Positions 34,389-48,722 of a DNA stretch of 64,000 nucleotides are shown one piece after another. Numbering within the stretch: position 1 is the first letter of the stretch; each line of letters begins with the position of its first letter. The position numbers and the translations under genes are program-made. This DNA is from Bigelowiella natans CCMP2755. Lineage: Eukaryota; Protista; Cercozoa. Under the pieces are notes generated by a model, which was given only the letters and a program-made list of their open reading frames with translations, was not told the origin of the DNA and ran no database searches. Where the stretch lies: assembly GCA_000320545.1 (NCBI GenBank), contig ADNK01000140.1, forward strand, positions 62,001-126,000, read 5' to 3'.

Positions 34389-36549
34389 CTAGAGGTCTAC
34401 ATCAACAGATCTAAAGGACCCGTCCTCGTATCTATCGTAAATTCCTGAACAATCTCGTGCACATTTCCAGAAAAACCTGCGACAGATTGGTTTTCGCAAT
34501 GGATTGAATATCAATATATGCAAACCCCATAAGTCAATTGAGTAAAATCTATATTTTTTACTACCAGAGGATTATTTGAGATATGGGGACAAATGTAAGC
34601 AGAACGAATGGAGGTAGGAGAATCATCTCAGGATACGCAGCGTAATTAATTATCTCATACACGCCATGTCCTGATTTAAATTGATCAGATCATAAAGACA
34701 AACTTTTGCATTTATCTTTTGCTTCACATTATCAAACACGAAAATTAAAAAATAGCAACCTGTGATGCCTGAGTAGATATAAGTGAAACTAAAGTAGACG
34801 CAGAGGAAGTATTCCACGTGCCAAACGTGCATGATTCTGTGAAAATGATTAACAAAAATTTAAAAAACTTCAGAACTGACCACATATCTTACTGTATACT
34901 ATCATCTTCTATCCCTCTTTTTCTCACCTGAATGGCATTCCAGAAAGGAGAACATCTAGAAGCGAGGCGACAAATGGAATTCCATGGACTAAGACATTTG
35001 CAAGCATTCCTTCCCCCTCTTCATTCTTCGCCGCCTAAACATGAAAACAAATCATAACTGAATAGCACTGTGTTGAACTCGTAGGGACCGGACCGGTTGG
35101 CATTCGGTGTCTCCCTCTTCACAAGGCTCGCCATCTGGTTCTTCCGATCCCCCATGCTAAAACCCACACGAAGCAAATATCATTTATATTCTATCAGGCA
35201 GAGTTACTGATTATCTATAAAACTGAAAACTTTGGAGGAATATAATGTGGCAACAATGCTAGTAAACTACAACACTCTTAATTTCACCTTTTGTTTTAAC
35301 AAAGACAATTATCTACCTAGACTAGTGTTACATTGACAGTGTCCAATGCAAAATTGTCCCTTCATCTCTCAGCATCTTTAAATATTATACGGCATCTAAA
35401 CATTACGTACGTCATGGACGAGTGTCCAGTAGAGAACGAAGACGAAGAACGTGAGAGAATAAGCCAAATTCAATAACACCCAATTCGCCTGAAATATTGA
35501 AAATATATGAGAAAATTGGAGCAGAGTGCGAACACAGCCTGTTCCACACCTTAATCAATCCTGGAACTCGAGCCTTACCTCTATCATTGATCTGTTGAAA
35601 TTCTTCTTGAATCAGATAATAACATTTATAGATAACATTGAAAAGTCAACTTTTGAGTCCTCGTTAGTTCCGTCAGCAGCAGCGTAGCCGAACTTGCCGT
35701 TGTATTTGTATGTAACAATTGTGGATACCCAGAAGAAGGCGGTCTGTATGTTCATATGTAAATACCACAAACTATATCAAAATGAAACTCAGGATTCTCT
35801 AGTCATGCACCTCATGAAGACTGCTACGAAGTCTAGAGACAGTGATTTGCATTCTCGCCATCACAACATTAAGCAATGAAAGATACCAGACTCATAAGTT
35901 GCCAGTGGGTTAGCGCAAAAAACCAATTAATCGATTTTTCAGCAGCTAGAGACCACAGACACACGCCGGTCCAGAATAGAGCCGCAGTTAGGCGCAGCAT
36001 CTGCACGCATCAAGGACGAGTTAAACCATACAGATGTAGCGTTGAATCATTAATCGAGAAACCAACCGTGTAAAATCTCGGACAGCTGTTGAAGCAGGGA
36101 CTCTTCGGAAACACCGACATCTGAGGTGACCAAGTTTTCACGATTTTTGAAACGTGCATCTACAGGATTCACACACCTCAGTCGAAGTCATAGTGAGGCT
36201 CGCTTTTGATCTAGTAAACTCGTTCGAAAAAGAGGTGCCCATTGTCTAGATAGTGTCTGCTGAAAAAATAAGATTGTCTTAAGGTAAACAGCATGATCCC
36301 GTTCCTACACGTATGCGTAAAATCCCGTATTGACACAAATTCGTACAGCTTAGATAGGGTAACAGAGGGGAGTACGGTTAAAGAGTAAAACACCTTCTCT
36401 GCACCGATTGCTGTCAAAGTAGGGAAACGAAAACGCTTAATGAGCTGTATCCAACTACGAACTTGAAGGATTGATTCTGTTCTCAGATAACAACAATAAT
36501 CGGGGGTGGCGTTACTAGAGACTGCAAAAACTGTGCTACAATTTCCCAT
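34389..36549 (-). CDS. Multi-pass membrane protein, rolling-stone/FAR-17a-AIG1-like
   Basis: Exons ...LANVLVHGIPFVASLLDVLLSGMPFR|IMHVWHVEYFLCVYFSFTYIYSGITG|HGVYEIINYAAYPEMILLPPFVLLTFVPISQIILW|FFWKCARD...VDVDL* show an HG..(x)..D..l..P.r..H and Y.i.dW/Y pattern. Starts MGNC at 36549 (possible myristoylation). Confidence 0.5.
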
Positions 36550-36680
36550 CAGAGAGAAATATCCAGCTCCCGATAAATTCCTAAAATCTACTCATCCTCC
36601 TTGTCGCAGATGATGAACAGCACCATGTTATCAATATTAAAAGCGGACAGTGCACCTAATCGTCTGATAAAATCTGAATA

Positions 36681-36920
36681 AACATGCAGAATCTGGCCCG
36701 CAAGGACTTTGTCGTTTTGTGCAGTGCGACATGCAAAACATCGTTGTCGCAGGATTCCTTCTTCAAACGAAAGAAATTCACCCGTAGTCTGGGAATGGCA
36801 GCAGATCCTTTCAATTTGGTCCTCGTGGAAACATCAGCTCGAGGCACTGCGTTCACTTTGCAAGTGTGGTGGACACAGAGCCAGTGCATCCTGCACATGT
36901 ACACACATGCACTCTTCTCT

Positions 36921-36991
<71 letters not shown>

Positions 36992-37285
36992 CCAGCGCGC
37001 GTGGATGGACACATTTCTAGATTTGCAAATTTTGTTGGCGTTTGGTTCGCACCTTGCAACCACGTTGGTCCGATGCATGATGAAGAATTACGTTGCACGG
37101 AGCGCCACACCTAGACGCACGTGTGCTGTGTGCATGTCGGTTCTCAAGCTAGCAAGCTGTCGTGTCGTCGCCGAATTGAATGCGCCGCATCGCCGCAAAT
37201 CTTGCAAGAAATCACGAGACAGACGGTGCCGTGCTGATGATGATGAGTGCTGTGCAAATGAACTCGAACCTTCGAACCTGCACAT
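36681..37285. other. TpA-depleted island C, including a (CT)n(CA)n microsatellite at ~36914-36990
   Basis: 605 bp containing six TA, three of them in CTAG. Confidence 0.65.
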
Positions 37286-37709
37286 TAGCTTGATGCATAG
37301 CTGATGGTCTACCAGCGGCAACAAAACGAGAACCGATTGATGCAGCACGCGCTACATTTGTGTTGGATGCAGCACTTTCTAGCTTTGCGTGAATTCACAG
37401 AACGTTGCTTTGCCTTCAATTCGCACTTTTTTCTCACTCGACGCATCGATGAGCAACACATGGCATCAGAATCATCTTTTCTACGATGTCCCTCAACGGT
37501 GCGCACATTAGACTTTTTGATACATGATGGGCCACGTACTAAAGAGTGCTGCATAAAGGGTGCTATTTTTATTTACGTGCAGGAATGTGACATTCGAATT
37601 TAGTAGTTGTTTTTTTGAAGAAATTCAACTATGCAAGATGTTAGAAATCTGCATGAGTTCTCGAAGAGTATTAATTGCGAGCAAAGTCCTTGGTTCACAT
37701 TTAAGTCTT

Positions 37710-40369
37710 TATTTTTGCCAGGCCTGAAGTTTCGTTCAATCAATCATTATCGAAGTGATGGCAAAGTTACTTAGGGGGATAAACACAATCGACTATCCGA
37801 GCTCTCTATATGCGCGTACCTTTACTGTCTTATCCGTAGCGTGTATTTTTTTTAAATTTAAATTTATTCCGCCTCCAATCTCACTTGAATCAGTTCTCTC
37901 CTTGGCTGAGAGGTTGGTACAGTTAAAATATAAGATAACAAGTTATTTAATGGGATGATAGGACAAATAAAGGCATTACTCTCTAGTTTATACGGTGCAC
38001 AAAGCTCTTCATTTTGGAATGCCTAGCGGAAAAGCATAAGACAAGTAAGGTGAAGGAGAGGCGTTCCTATGATACGTTAATTCAAAGAGCGATTCAGTCA
38101 GTAGCAGCACCTTGTCCTCCACATCAACGAGTTCTCTTCGAGCCTTTAAGGCTGATGTGTCAGACATCGTTGCCGCCATATATATCTGAAATACATAAAT
38201 TAAAAGTGAATACAACGTTTTTCCCTTTTCAGTAATTTGCACACAAGCACGCTATACACAACCAAATTGATTTAATACATACGCTCGGATTCAAATTGCT
38301 GCTGTGTGTTTCTTACCGCAACTAGCTGCGCCAAGAAAAAGATTCCAGCTGTGAATGAATAGCCGATGATTAGGAGGAGGAGAGAATTGATAAACGCGAT
38401 TTTTTGGAAGTTAAATCTTATGGAAAATTTTATGGAAAATTGTTACTGCACCGAGAACTAGAGCGGAATATACGTTCAGATCGTATGCAACCTGGATGAT
38501 ACTTAAACTTCAATGCATCAATTTGATTTGAAACAGAGCCTCCTTTTAGGGCGTTCAAAAAAAAACGACATGCGCATACACAAATCTTCAGACGTGCAGA
38601 GAAAGGGCGATAAAGGAAAAGAGGGGAGGGGGGTGGAAGGGAAATCAGAGCAATACCTTTTCAAAATCTCCAAAAGGACTTATATAGAGGTATGAGATCA
38701 ACATGCAGAACAACTGTAGGAAAAGAGTACAACAAAGAAAGAAGAAGAAGAAGAAGAAGAAGAAGGAGTCAACACATAAAATCAAATAAAGAATACTATA
38801 TAGCTATATATTTATTGGGAGCAGCATTCCATCATCAGGAGAAAGTGTATCGTCTTCTTCCGTATCAGTCATACCATGATAATGACCAACAACTTTTCTC
38901 CAGCCAACACCTACTGTGCTTTCCCCTCTCCCTCTCTCTCTCTCTCGCTCTCTCTCCTTACTCACCGCCTGTAGGACCATTAGAAAGAAGCAGAGCATAA
39001 TATACCTTTTAATTGTTGGTAAGAAGACAAAAAACAAATATATGACGTTTCTAGAACAAAGAATATTACGAAGACTAAGGGAGGAAATTTTTGGTACGTC
39101 GGAGGAACTCTCCACCCACATTTGACCGAATTTGTATGAAGATTCTTCTTCTTTTCCATTCACACCAGAGTGCATTTTATATATTAAATACGCAATTAAA
39201 TAATCTTATTTTATGTATTTTCGAGTATGTTCAATCTTGCTTGAACACCTCACCAGTCGGCGAGAGTGAGATACGGAACCGATGGCAGCCTCGCTTCAAG
39301 TACCCATTTAATAGCAACTGTATTATTCAAGTGTATTTCAAAACGAGTGAGAAGAGGTTATTTTGATTTTTCATTCAGATATTCTCGCAACTACCACTTT
39401 TGGATATCTCATAAGCAAGTAGTACGCGTGTTAAGAAAGAATAGGTTACCTATTCTCCTCTCTTACACACACACGTACCTATTCTCCTCTCTTACACACA
39501 CACGCACAATCGGATACTAGAGTTGAAAGAGCACCGCTTTGATTTTACTATCTTCTTCTTATTATTCTTATCCATGTTACTGATATTACTACCCATTGTC
39601 AGCATATTTGTAATGACGAGCTTTGTAGGAAGAAAACAAACCGAGCACGATGGCGACGACGAGGGAATAACAGAAAAATCAGTTGCGAATTCTACCCTAT
39701 CGTTCTCGATCTCCCACATACACAATATGGTATTTAGCATTTTAAAAACACAGAGTGTGTAGTCTTCGCATGATTCATATCAGCGAGCATTGGTTACAAT
39801 TGTTGATATTAGGTTGTGAAGAGTGAGCAATTAATGTGTGTGGTCTAAGAAGGAGCCACTTAACTATTTTCTTCTTACATCCTCCTCCCCCCCCCCCCCC
39901 CAAAACTAAATACTACCCCCAGTCTCTCTCCGAGGGCGTCCAGATCTAGGATGAACACGCCGAAAGATATCACCTGATAATGAGAAGGATGGTGGTGATG
40001 ATGATGATGATGTTCTCCCTCTCTTATTATTGTTACCATAATGCTCAATAGTGGCATTCCGAGTCCCCAGATTAAACCTATTATAGCAATGGCCATTACA
40101 TTCGACGTCACGGAGGAGAAGGAACAGGAGAGGGACATGGCGCTGAGAGTTCTGGCAAAAAACCGAATTCTGATTGTGGTGCATGCGCCTCTGCTGGATG
40201 TTTTACCCTGGCTCTCCCTCAGTGTGCATATTTGTATTAAGTACTGATCCATAAAGTTATCTCGGTTTTTGCTGCAAAAAGATACATACACACATAGCTC
40301 TGTCAAAGGAGGAGGACGTGGTAACCAAAGAAATTATTGCTGATGAACGCAATACAATATATGAATGTG

Positions 40370-40411
<42 letters not shown>

Positions 40412-40617
40412 GCGTGCTCACAAGCAATTAATCACTAGGTGAGAGGGTTCATCTTACGACAGCTGGTGCTTAGAATATGATGCATACCTTGACTTCGGCC
40501 CACCATCGATCTTCACTAGCGTCATGTCTGTTGTAGTAGTGTTTTTTGAACGAATAATGCCACAGAAATGAAGAGAAGGAGAGGCGTTGTGCGTACAACG
40601 ACATATGTTGGCAGCCG

Positions 40618-40648
<31 letters not shown>

Positions 40649-41169
40649 GAATATAGACTACATGCTGCCCAATTGACTGTTGGCACATCATGCATGTAAT
40701 TACTTCAAAAGCAGACGTCATTATGAACACTTTAAATTTAATAGGAGCAGTAGTAGTAGAAGTAGTAGTAGTAGAAGTAGTAGTACCTGGAAGCTCATCA
40801 GCGTTCCTAGCTATCATATGACTACCAGTAATTCAGCAAAAGAACGAGTGATAAGTACTTCAATCAGGACTCAATGCAAAGAAAGAACTCTAATATTTTA
40901 CTCGCAGCTTATTCATACATTGACGGCTTCTACTTTCTATGGATAAACACTGCGGGACGAGCTCATTTCGACTTCAATTTGCAGGAATTTTAGACGAAAT
41001 TTTGACAGGATACTATGTGCATGTGTGTATATTGTTAATGTGTCGGTGAGTTAAGAGGCTGCTAGGTGACCCCTTCTTGCCTCTCCATGTGTATGGATTT
41101 TGGAATGTAACCGGACAGCTGCAAAGGATGATTCAAAACAAAATCCACGTTCTGTGTTAAGTTTCTGTC

Positions 41170-41209
<40 letters not shown>

Positions 41210-43489
41210 CTTCTCCCCTTCCCCCCCCCCCCCCCCTCTCTCACACAGAGACACAAAACATACATTTACATGGATGTGTGGTTCTTTCCACCTTTTCTCT
41301 CCATTCGTCCATTTTGTTCCGTCCGAAATCGTACGAGATTTGATCAAGATTTGCAAGTACTAGTAGAAGATGACCATCTTATGTAAGTGTTGACTATGGC
41401 AAAATTATGGAGACGATCCTCTCATAGAAAAGGAGGAGAAATATATTGAGAAGACACTCAATGTGCTTACAATATGAAATTATCAGTGTGTTCTTCGGCA
41501 TACGCTACTGCATTTGGTCGCAACAGTCACTGTCATCGTTTTCGTATCGAAATAGCATGCGAAACTAGAATAATCGCCTTCTTCTGTCGCTGTCACCTGC
41601 ACATCCAACGGGAAATCCCTGACGTTGAACGTCGTTCGGAGATTCCCTCTGTATCTGTTTTGATGATTGTTACAATGATAATGATGATTTTGATGATGGT
41701 GATGGTAGTGGTGCAAGCATGGAGTGTTGCTGATGTCCGGTGTCAAAGCAGCTACACAGTTAGCAAACATCAAGAAACCAACAACATATCCAAAGATAGT
41801 ACTTGCACAAAGTAGTAAATATAAACTTGCTATTACCGTTGCGTCAGTGTTACGTGATTTGGTTCAGGTCGTAATCTGATAGAGAAGGAGGAGGAGGAGG
41901 AGGAGGAGGAGGAGAAGAAAGGTGAAAAGAGACATCGGAGAGGGAAGAGAAAAATATACGGTAGAAAGATTGGAAAAGAGAACATGAAAATAAAATGCGT
42001 TTCACGGTTCAATACTGATGAGAGGCCCTCATTGCTCTTTTTAACAAGACATTGCTGCTTCGAGAAGACAGACGGCAATGCTATACGGTGTACTACTACC
42101 ACCTTGGAAGAGCTTCCCCCCCCACAGGCTCCGGCTCTGAGGTGGCGTTCTCAACGAAGAATGATGGGTAAAAATGGTCCTCGAAGTCAACCTAGTATTA
42201 AATATAGCTCTCATACGTGACAACAACTACACTTTGGAAGAGGAGGCTTACGAATGGACGATCATCATAATTCCCATCATCACCATAATAATCTACTTTT
42301 ATCGTGCTATACAAGTAGTCTAAATCTCAGCAGATCATCAGCGTCATATAAATCACACCTTATCTTTCCCTTTAGCACCCTGGAGCGATGGATCCGACCT
42401 TAAAAAGAAGGACAACGCTGTTTACCACTTCAAGTTTGACCTCTTAACTCGTTCTCTCTATGTAATTTCATATTGTTGGATTGTCACATGCAATATACCA
42501 ATCGAGCATGACTGTGAATTCCGCATCGAAGGTTCCCTCTTGCATATTGATGTTCCTTACACTATAAACCTATCAATCGTGGGAAAAGTCGTTGGTTAGG
42601 AATGATGTGCTCAAGCTTAGATAGCTTGCTGAAAAGTAGAAGAGACATGCTGTTACTTAACGGTAACCCTCTGTACGAAACATTGCTCAATGACGCAAAA
42701 CCTCAGTGTTGCTCTCTTTTACCCACTGCCTATTAGATAGCTTAATGAAAATACCTTCACGCAAACCTCAACAATAGGAACATTCTGTCGGAGTAGAGCA
42801 AATCGTCAGAACTTGGCGATGAATAAGAAGCTGTGTTTTAGCACCTTTGGGTCATATGCAGTCGAGAAATGCTCGATCATATACTCCTTGTATCTACATA
42901 ATATAGTAAAAAGTAATTCACCACCACCAAACGCGTTATCGTTGACACATATACTTTGCTCCCAGGTGGCTGCTTGTCCCGGTTCGCTCCTGCGGCGTAA
43001 AAAAACAACATTGGGTTTTGTTTTACCGTGCATCATTCAAGCATCACATCCGTTCGTTCAACCTCAATCGTTGCATTTTCTCCCAAATGTGGCACTACCG
43101 TTTAATACATAGTAGTGTTCAACCCGTGTTACTTCTCTACCGATTCTTTTGTCGTATCCTTCTCCTTTGAATCACGGGACTTCTTCTCAACCGCTTCTCG
43201 TTGGACTCGATTCGCGGTAGCTCTAGCCCCGGCGTTAGGCATTGTTGCTGTCTGTTTATCCTATCGCTCGGTGGTTCAGTATCTGTTGGGGGGTGGACCC
43301 CTGACCAGGACACGTCCTGCTCTAATCTGAGCAGTTATAAACCGAGGGAGGGAATCACCGAGTCGCACCATCTCGAAGAAACGTTTCAAGGCGTTTTTAT
43401 CCTGCGACAACACAGCTTTCTGCACCCGAGCCCTGGAGAAATAGTGGGGATTTTGAGGATATATTTGAAGAAAATGGTTGATTTTCCAT
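37710..43489 (-). CDS. Cys-less (Pro-loop) pentameric ligand-gated ion channel subunit, highly spliced
   Basis: Exons give IGNINMQEGTFDAEFTVMLDW|SDPSL; FYPSFFVENA; RYRGNLRTTFNVRDFPLDVQ; M1 LIWGLGMPLLSIM|VISFGVFILDLDALGERLG|; M2 LVITNMLTM|VAIKWVLEARLPSVPYLTLADW|; M3 YIMLCFFLMVLQA|LFCMLISYLY; M4-like VAYDLNVYSALVLG. Termini approximate. Confidence 0.85.
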
Positions 43490-43913
43490 CAATTAGCCAT
43501 GATCCAACCGTCGGTTTCACAACGCTGGAAACGATGAAACGATTGTGATTGCAGTTCCATTTACGTAATTTCGATATATTTGTAATGAGGTATGAGAAAG
43601 GAGGTAGATCTATTGAAGTGTCGACAAATTTTTCAATTATTGGTCTATCCTGCGTTCTCTCTCCTCACCATTTAACTGAAGGGGTCCTCAACAAATCTAT
43701 TTACACCTGTGGGTTTTGGAGGCGGTGGCAAAGGTCTCCACCCATTTCAAACGCAGCAACAACAGGACAACCCTACTGGAACCCAATACACCAAAGATAC
43801 AAGTCTCAGAAATAGCCGATCGCAGAATTTATCTTCCACAACCATTATCTCTCTAACGAAATTGTGCAAGATTTAAGCGGTTGGAGGTGGTGAGTGTTCC
43901 TACAGCAGCAGGA

Positions 43914-46900
43914 ATGAACACTACACCACCATTCAATCGTGATGTAATGAAAACCAAAATAGGGAGAGGAGAAGGATTGGAAGAATCCACAACGGTGACT
44001 GTGGATACAAGGATAATCGAATCAAGCCTCCCGCCTTCTTCTTCAAAGTTGTCATCTAAGGTAAAGGGTTACGGGTCCGTAATCATCAACCCGTCTCTAT
44101 TGAGCGGGGCAAAGCTTTCGCTTCAGAGCGAGGCAGCAAAGTCTGAGGCCAGACTCTCTCTAAGAAAGAGGACTCTCGATCCCCTCCGAATAAGAGAGGA
44201 TCCATCAAGTAGCTCTGACAGTAAGAGCCAGTATGAAAGTAGTCAACCTGATGACGAGGATTCTGCAGAGATGAGCGATCTTGTATCTCCAAGGTCACTA
44301 AATCAAGTCGTCGTGGAGCCCCTCAGCCTCGTGTACAACGTCAACCAAGGCCACCAAATAAACGTAATAAAGGAGATCAAGATTTGTAACTGGTCGCAGG
44401 AACAGACGCGCTTCCGGGTTCGGACGAATTCCCCTGACAACCACTTCATCAAGCCTAAATTCGGGGTGCTTCAGGCGAAAAGCACGGCGCGCATACGGGT
44501 CTTGACACAGGCAGCAGCTGGACAGTTCCCTAGGAACGCGAAGCTGCTGGTGCAAATTACAGTGCCGAACGATAGAGAAGGGCAACTTAAGCACCCAACA
44601 TTCTGGAGACGTATCAAGGTGGATCGGAGGAAGGTATTAGATACATACATCTCCTGCAAGTGGATCAATGATTCTTACTTGAGTCCGCCATCTGGACCGC
44701 AGCCATCCAATGAGATACAGGCGGCAAAGGGTGGTAGTAGTGGCCCTATCTCACCACTGCGGCTCAAAACATCAATCAAGAATAATTTGCCATCACTTGA
44801 AATCAATCACCCTCCCTCTCCAATACTAAATCATCCGAAAAGTCCTGCTTCAAATAACCAGCTCAAGGAGGGGAAGGGGGGGGACAGCAATAACTCTCCG
44901 AAGTTGCCGTCGAAAGTCACGAACGGTTCATCGAATGTGAGCCACCGCAAGGCTCCTTCACGCCTCCTCCCTCAAAATCACTCCCCTCCTCATCAGCAGC
45001 AACAGCAAGTGATACGCCAGGGAAAATTGCCTAGCGTTGTATCTGCACTCTCCTCTCCCAATTCCACTTCTTCAAAGATACGTACTAGCCACCCTCCACG
45101 GGCAACAAGAAAGCTTCGACCATCGAAGCGAAGAAGCAAAACTCACCACCACGACTCAATTATCATACATCCACATGTCCTGAGATTTCTAAATGACTCT
45201 ACTCCCTCCCAGTGGTCCAAGAAGGTTGAATTTCTGCTTCGTGCTTAGATTAATTGCAGAATATTTCATGGAGGCGATAGTGTGAGTGCGTGTTGTGCGC
45301 ATGTGTGTGCATATACTGGGCGGGTTGACATTTGTTCTCTTAGCTTTACTCTAATATAATTGATCTTTCTCTCTTCCCCTACTCAGCTGACCATCACCAA
45401 TACCAACAAGCTATTCTGTGCCTTCAAGATAAAAACAAACGCTCCTAATCATCACCTTGTGGTCCCGCACTGCGGCTTTATAGCTCCCGGGCAGAAAGCA
45501 AACGTTCACGTCTCGGTGCGCGGGGTCAATGCCAGAAGTTCCAGGTACGATATTGTTGTTGACTGCTACCACACTACATTCGTGAGTTGATATGTATACT
45601 GATGCTGTGCTTAGGTATCAACATCGTATTTTGGTGATGTGGACTCACGTCGACAGAGGACCAAGTTTTGAGACGCAAAACCCGATAAACTTTTGGAACG
45701 ACGCGAACAGAAGGTACGTAGAACGCGAAGCGAAGCCAGTATACATCACCCAGCAAAGATGACGATTCTCTTTGTTGTCTCTTATCATGTATATTTTGTG
45801 AGCATGTTGATACTGACTTGTTGGTATTGTCAGTTACGAATGGGAGGACCTCGTCATACCGTGTGAGTGGCAAAAGATAGACAGCAACCTTAACAGAGTT
45901 CCTCAGGTCAAGGTTGGTAGGAACTCATCATTCCTTAAACCGAGACAACGCTCCATCCCTGAAGGTGGGTCAAAAGTGTACATAATGATGATGGTGGTGG
46001 TGATGGTGATGCGATGACAATGATGATGAGAACATTACAACATCATACCGCTATGATCAGATAGAAATGATACTGTATTGATGCTTTTGTTTTGTTAAAT
46101 TTGCAGTGCCCGCTCGAGATGCCACATTGATCGTGAGTCCCGTTAGAGTCAACTTCGATAGCAATGCAATGACGCCGCAGAAGCACGTCATATCGCTTAA
46201 GAACATAGGCAACAAGGACTTAGCATTTCGGGTGTCCGTGAGCAAGAAATACGTCATCGTGCATCCAAGTGAGGGTTTTATCTCTACCGGGACAAAGTCG
46301 CGACTGGTTGTGATTATCCAGCCCATCACTGCCGAAATGGAGGAAAAAAAACAGATAAACGGTGAGCTGCAAGCCTCCATTGGCCTGGAAACAGCGGAGA
46401 TCACACTTGAGCAGCTGAAGAAATTCGATCCTTCCGAATTCTGGGAGCAAGCGAAGCCAGAGGTAGTAGTCGTGAAAACCAGTATTGCCTGTTTCAAGAG
46501 CGGGTATAATTATGTATTGGCCTAATGGATGTGCTTTGCTCGTTCATTCTCACCTACTATTGGGTGAGAGGAATTGCCTGAATGTCTTGCTCGTCTTCTT
46601 TCCCCTGGCATTATTGTATCGTTGTCATCGTGCGACATACCATACATGCACACATCGTCAACGCTCCTTTCTCCACCCACACACACACACACACATAATT
46701 CTTGCCGAATTTTTGCCCAGGTGTCGTTCCAAACTGCGATACGTTGCACGAACGTCCTCCAAGCGAAGAGTGACACCAAAAACGACAGTGGTCCTAAAAA
46801 GAAGGAGGACCTGTCGCCAAAGTCGCAGTGGTGGGAGATCACATCACGGCTCAGCTTCAAGAAAAAGAGCACAAATAACTTTACAAGAGACAAGGAGATC

Positions 46901-46977
46901 CTCCGCACTTGGCAAGTCACGAAGCTTATCAAGAGGGAACCGGTCGTTTCTCTTTGACTAGCTTAAGATTGTTATTT

Positions 46978-47048
<71 letters not shown>

Positions 47049-48159
47049 ATTGGGAGGAGGGGTAGAAATGGTTGAATGGGAATCTGCCTCCCCAAGAGCA
47101 TTAAATTATTGTTGTTGGTTGTTTGGTTTGGCAGATCCCAATGCCGTTAAGAGCCAAGATATGGTCTGTGAGCAGCGGTGCATCGGAGATAAGGAAAAAT
47201 CATGGAGAGGACTATTACCAAGAACTCCTCGCACAAGCAAGGGAAAAGAAAGATCATCCCGAATACTTAGAAATGTACTGAGGAACCTTCTCTTCCCTTT
47301 CATGCCTTTTTTCCAATCCTGTGGGAAAAAAAATGCTAGGATATGTCCACACCCCATAGTGCATTCTTGGATGATTGCAAAAAGGAACGACGAGAAATAG
47401 AAGAATAGGGAAGGCTGAGTGTGTATTGACATGCCTCTCCCCCTTGATTTTCTTTCGCTTTGCTTTCTGTCGTCAGGTTCAGAGAGATTCGGCAGGACAT
47501 ACGGAGAAGCTTGCCAAGTGTGCTAGGGAGTACTGGAAGGAGAAAGCTGTCAAATGTTCTCAAGGCGTATTGTATGCGGAATCCAAACGCTATTGGATAT
47601 TGCCAGGTGATATCTTGTGTGATATGGAAAGGAATGAAGATCTGTCTCGGCAATCATTGTGGTTTATCATCCATATTCGGATTATGGACTTATAAAAAAC
47701 ATTCCGAGTTGATTTTTGTACTTTGTGGCGCATCTGCACCACAAGGACAATAGGAAAATCATTATCATCATTATTGTCATTATTATCGATGAATTAGTTA
47801 TTTAAAAAAAAAAAATGATTAAGAGCACACTGCTAGCCGAAGAAGAATCTAGAAACCGCGTGGATATGCTTGCAAATACGATATTCTGTCTTCACTTTTC
47901 CAACCTCCTCATATATTCGTTCTTCTTCTTTCGATAATCATAGGGAATGAATGTCATCGCCGGTGGGCTAATCACTGCATGTGGGGACGAGGAGGACGCC
48001 TTCTGGCTTCTAACTCGTGTGGTAGAGGATATGGCAGAGGGATGCTACACGGTAGCGCATTCGCTTCTATTTTGACAACTTAGAATTTATTTTCACCACA
48101 CAGAAATAAGTGGATGCTTGTGGTTCCATTTTTGTGTATACGTATATGTATATGTATAT

Positions 48160-48196
<37 letters not shown>

Positions 48197-48650
48197 TGTG
48201 TGTGTGTAGTGGCACATCATCATTCATCAAATTCGTTCATTTCATTTAGCGCTATATGGCTGGGATGAGCCTTTACATAAAAGTGTTTGAGCGACTCCTG
48301 ATGTACACTCTTCCAGACCTGTAAGTTCCATACTGTGTAATCGTTGCTTTGCCTTTCAAAACTATCTTCCCCCCTACAGTTGTCCTTTCCTCTGTGTTAA
48401 ATAATGTAAATACGTATTTTAATCACAGTATGCTCACTCATCTTCTCCCTTATACCTATTCCCTTGTTGTTGCACCATGGCGCAGATCCCGCATGCTAGA
48501 ACAGAAGGGTGTGATACCCTCTTCGTTTGCATCACAGTGGATGCTTTGCCTATTCATGTCCAACCCATTCAAGCGTTTGCAGGTGAATGAGGATATTGGT
48601 TGTAGAAACAGATTTTCTCAAGTACTTCAATTAATATGTATATTATACAT

Positions 48651-48722
<72 letters not shown>

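Noticed and set aside
34389-34406. 18-nt nucleomorph-sized intron GTTGATGTAGACCTCTAG
   Set aside because: A normal upstream intron puts this sequence in frame as the gene's terminal VDVDL*.
37630-39125. Separate plus-strand gene
   Set aside because: These ORFs are antisense to the M3, M4 and C-terminal exons of the pLGIC.
39447-39504. 29-bp perfect tandem duplication
   Set aside because: Intronic slippage next to a CA tract; two copies with no spacer, so not CRISPR-like.
42806-43036. Ras-like GTPase fragment (TAYDP)
   Set aside because: No P-loop or other G motifs; it lies within the pLGIC N-terminal exons.
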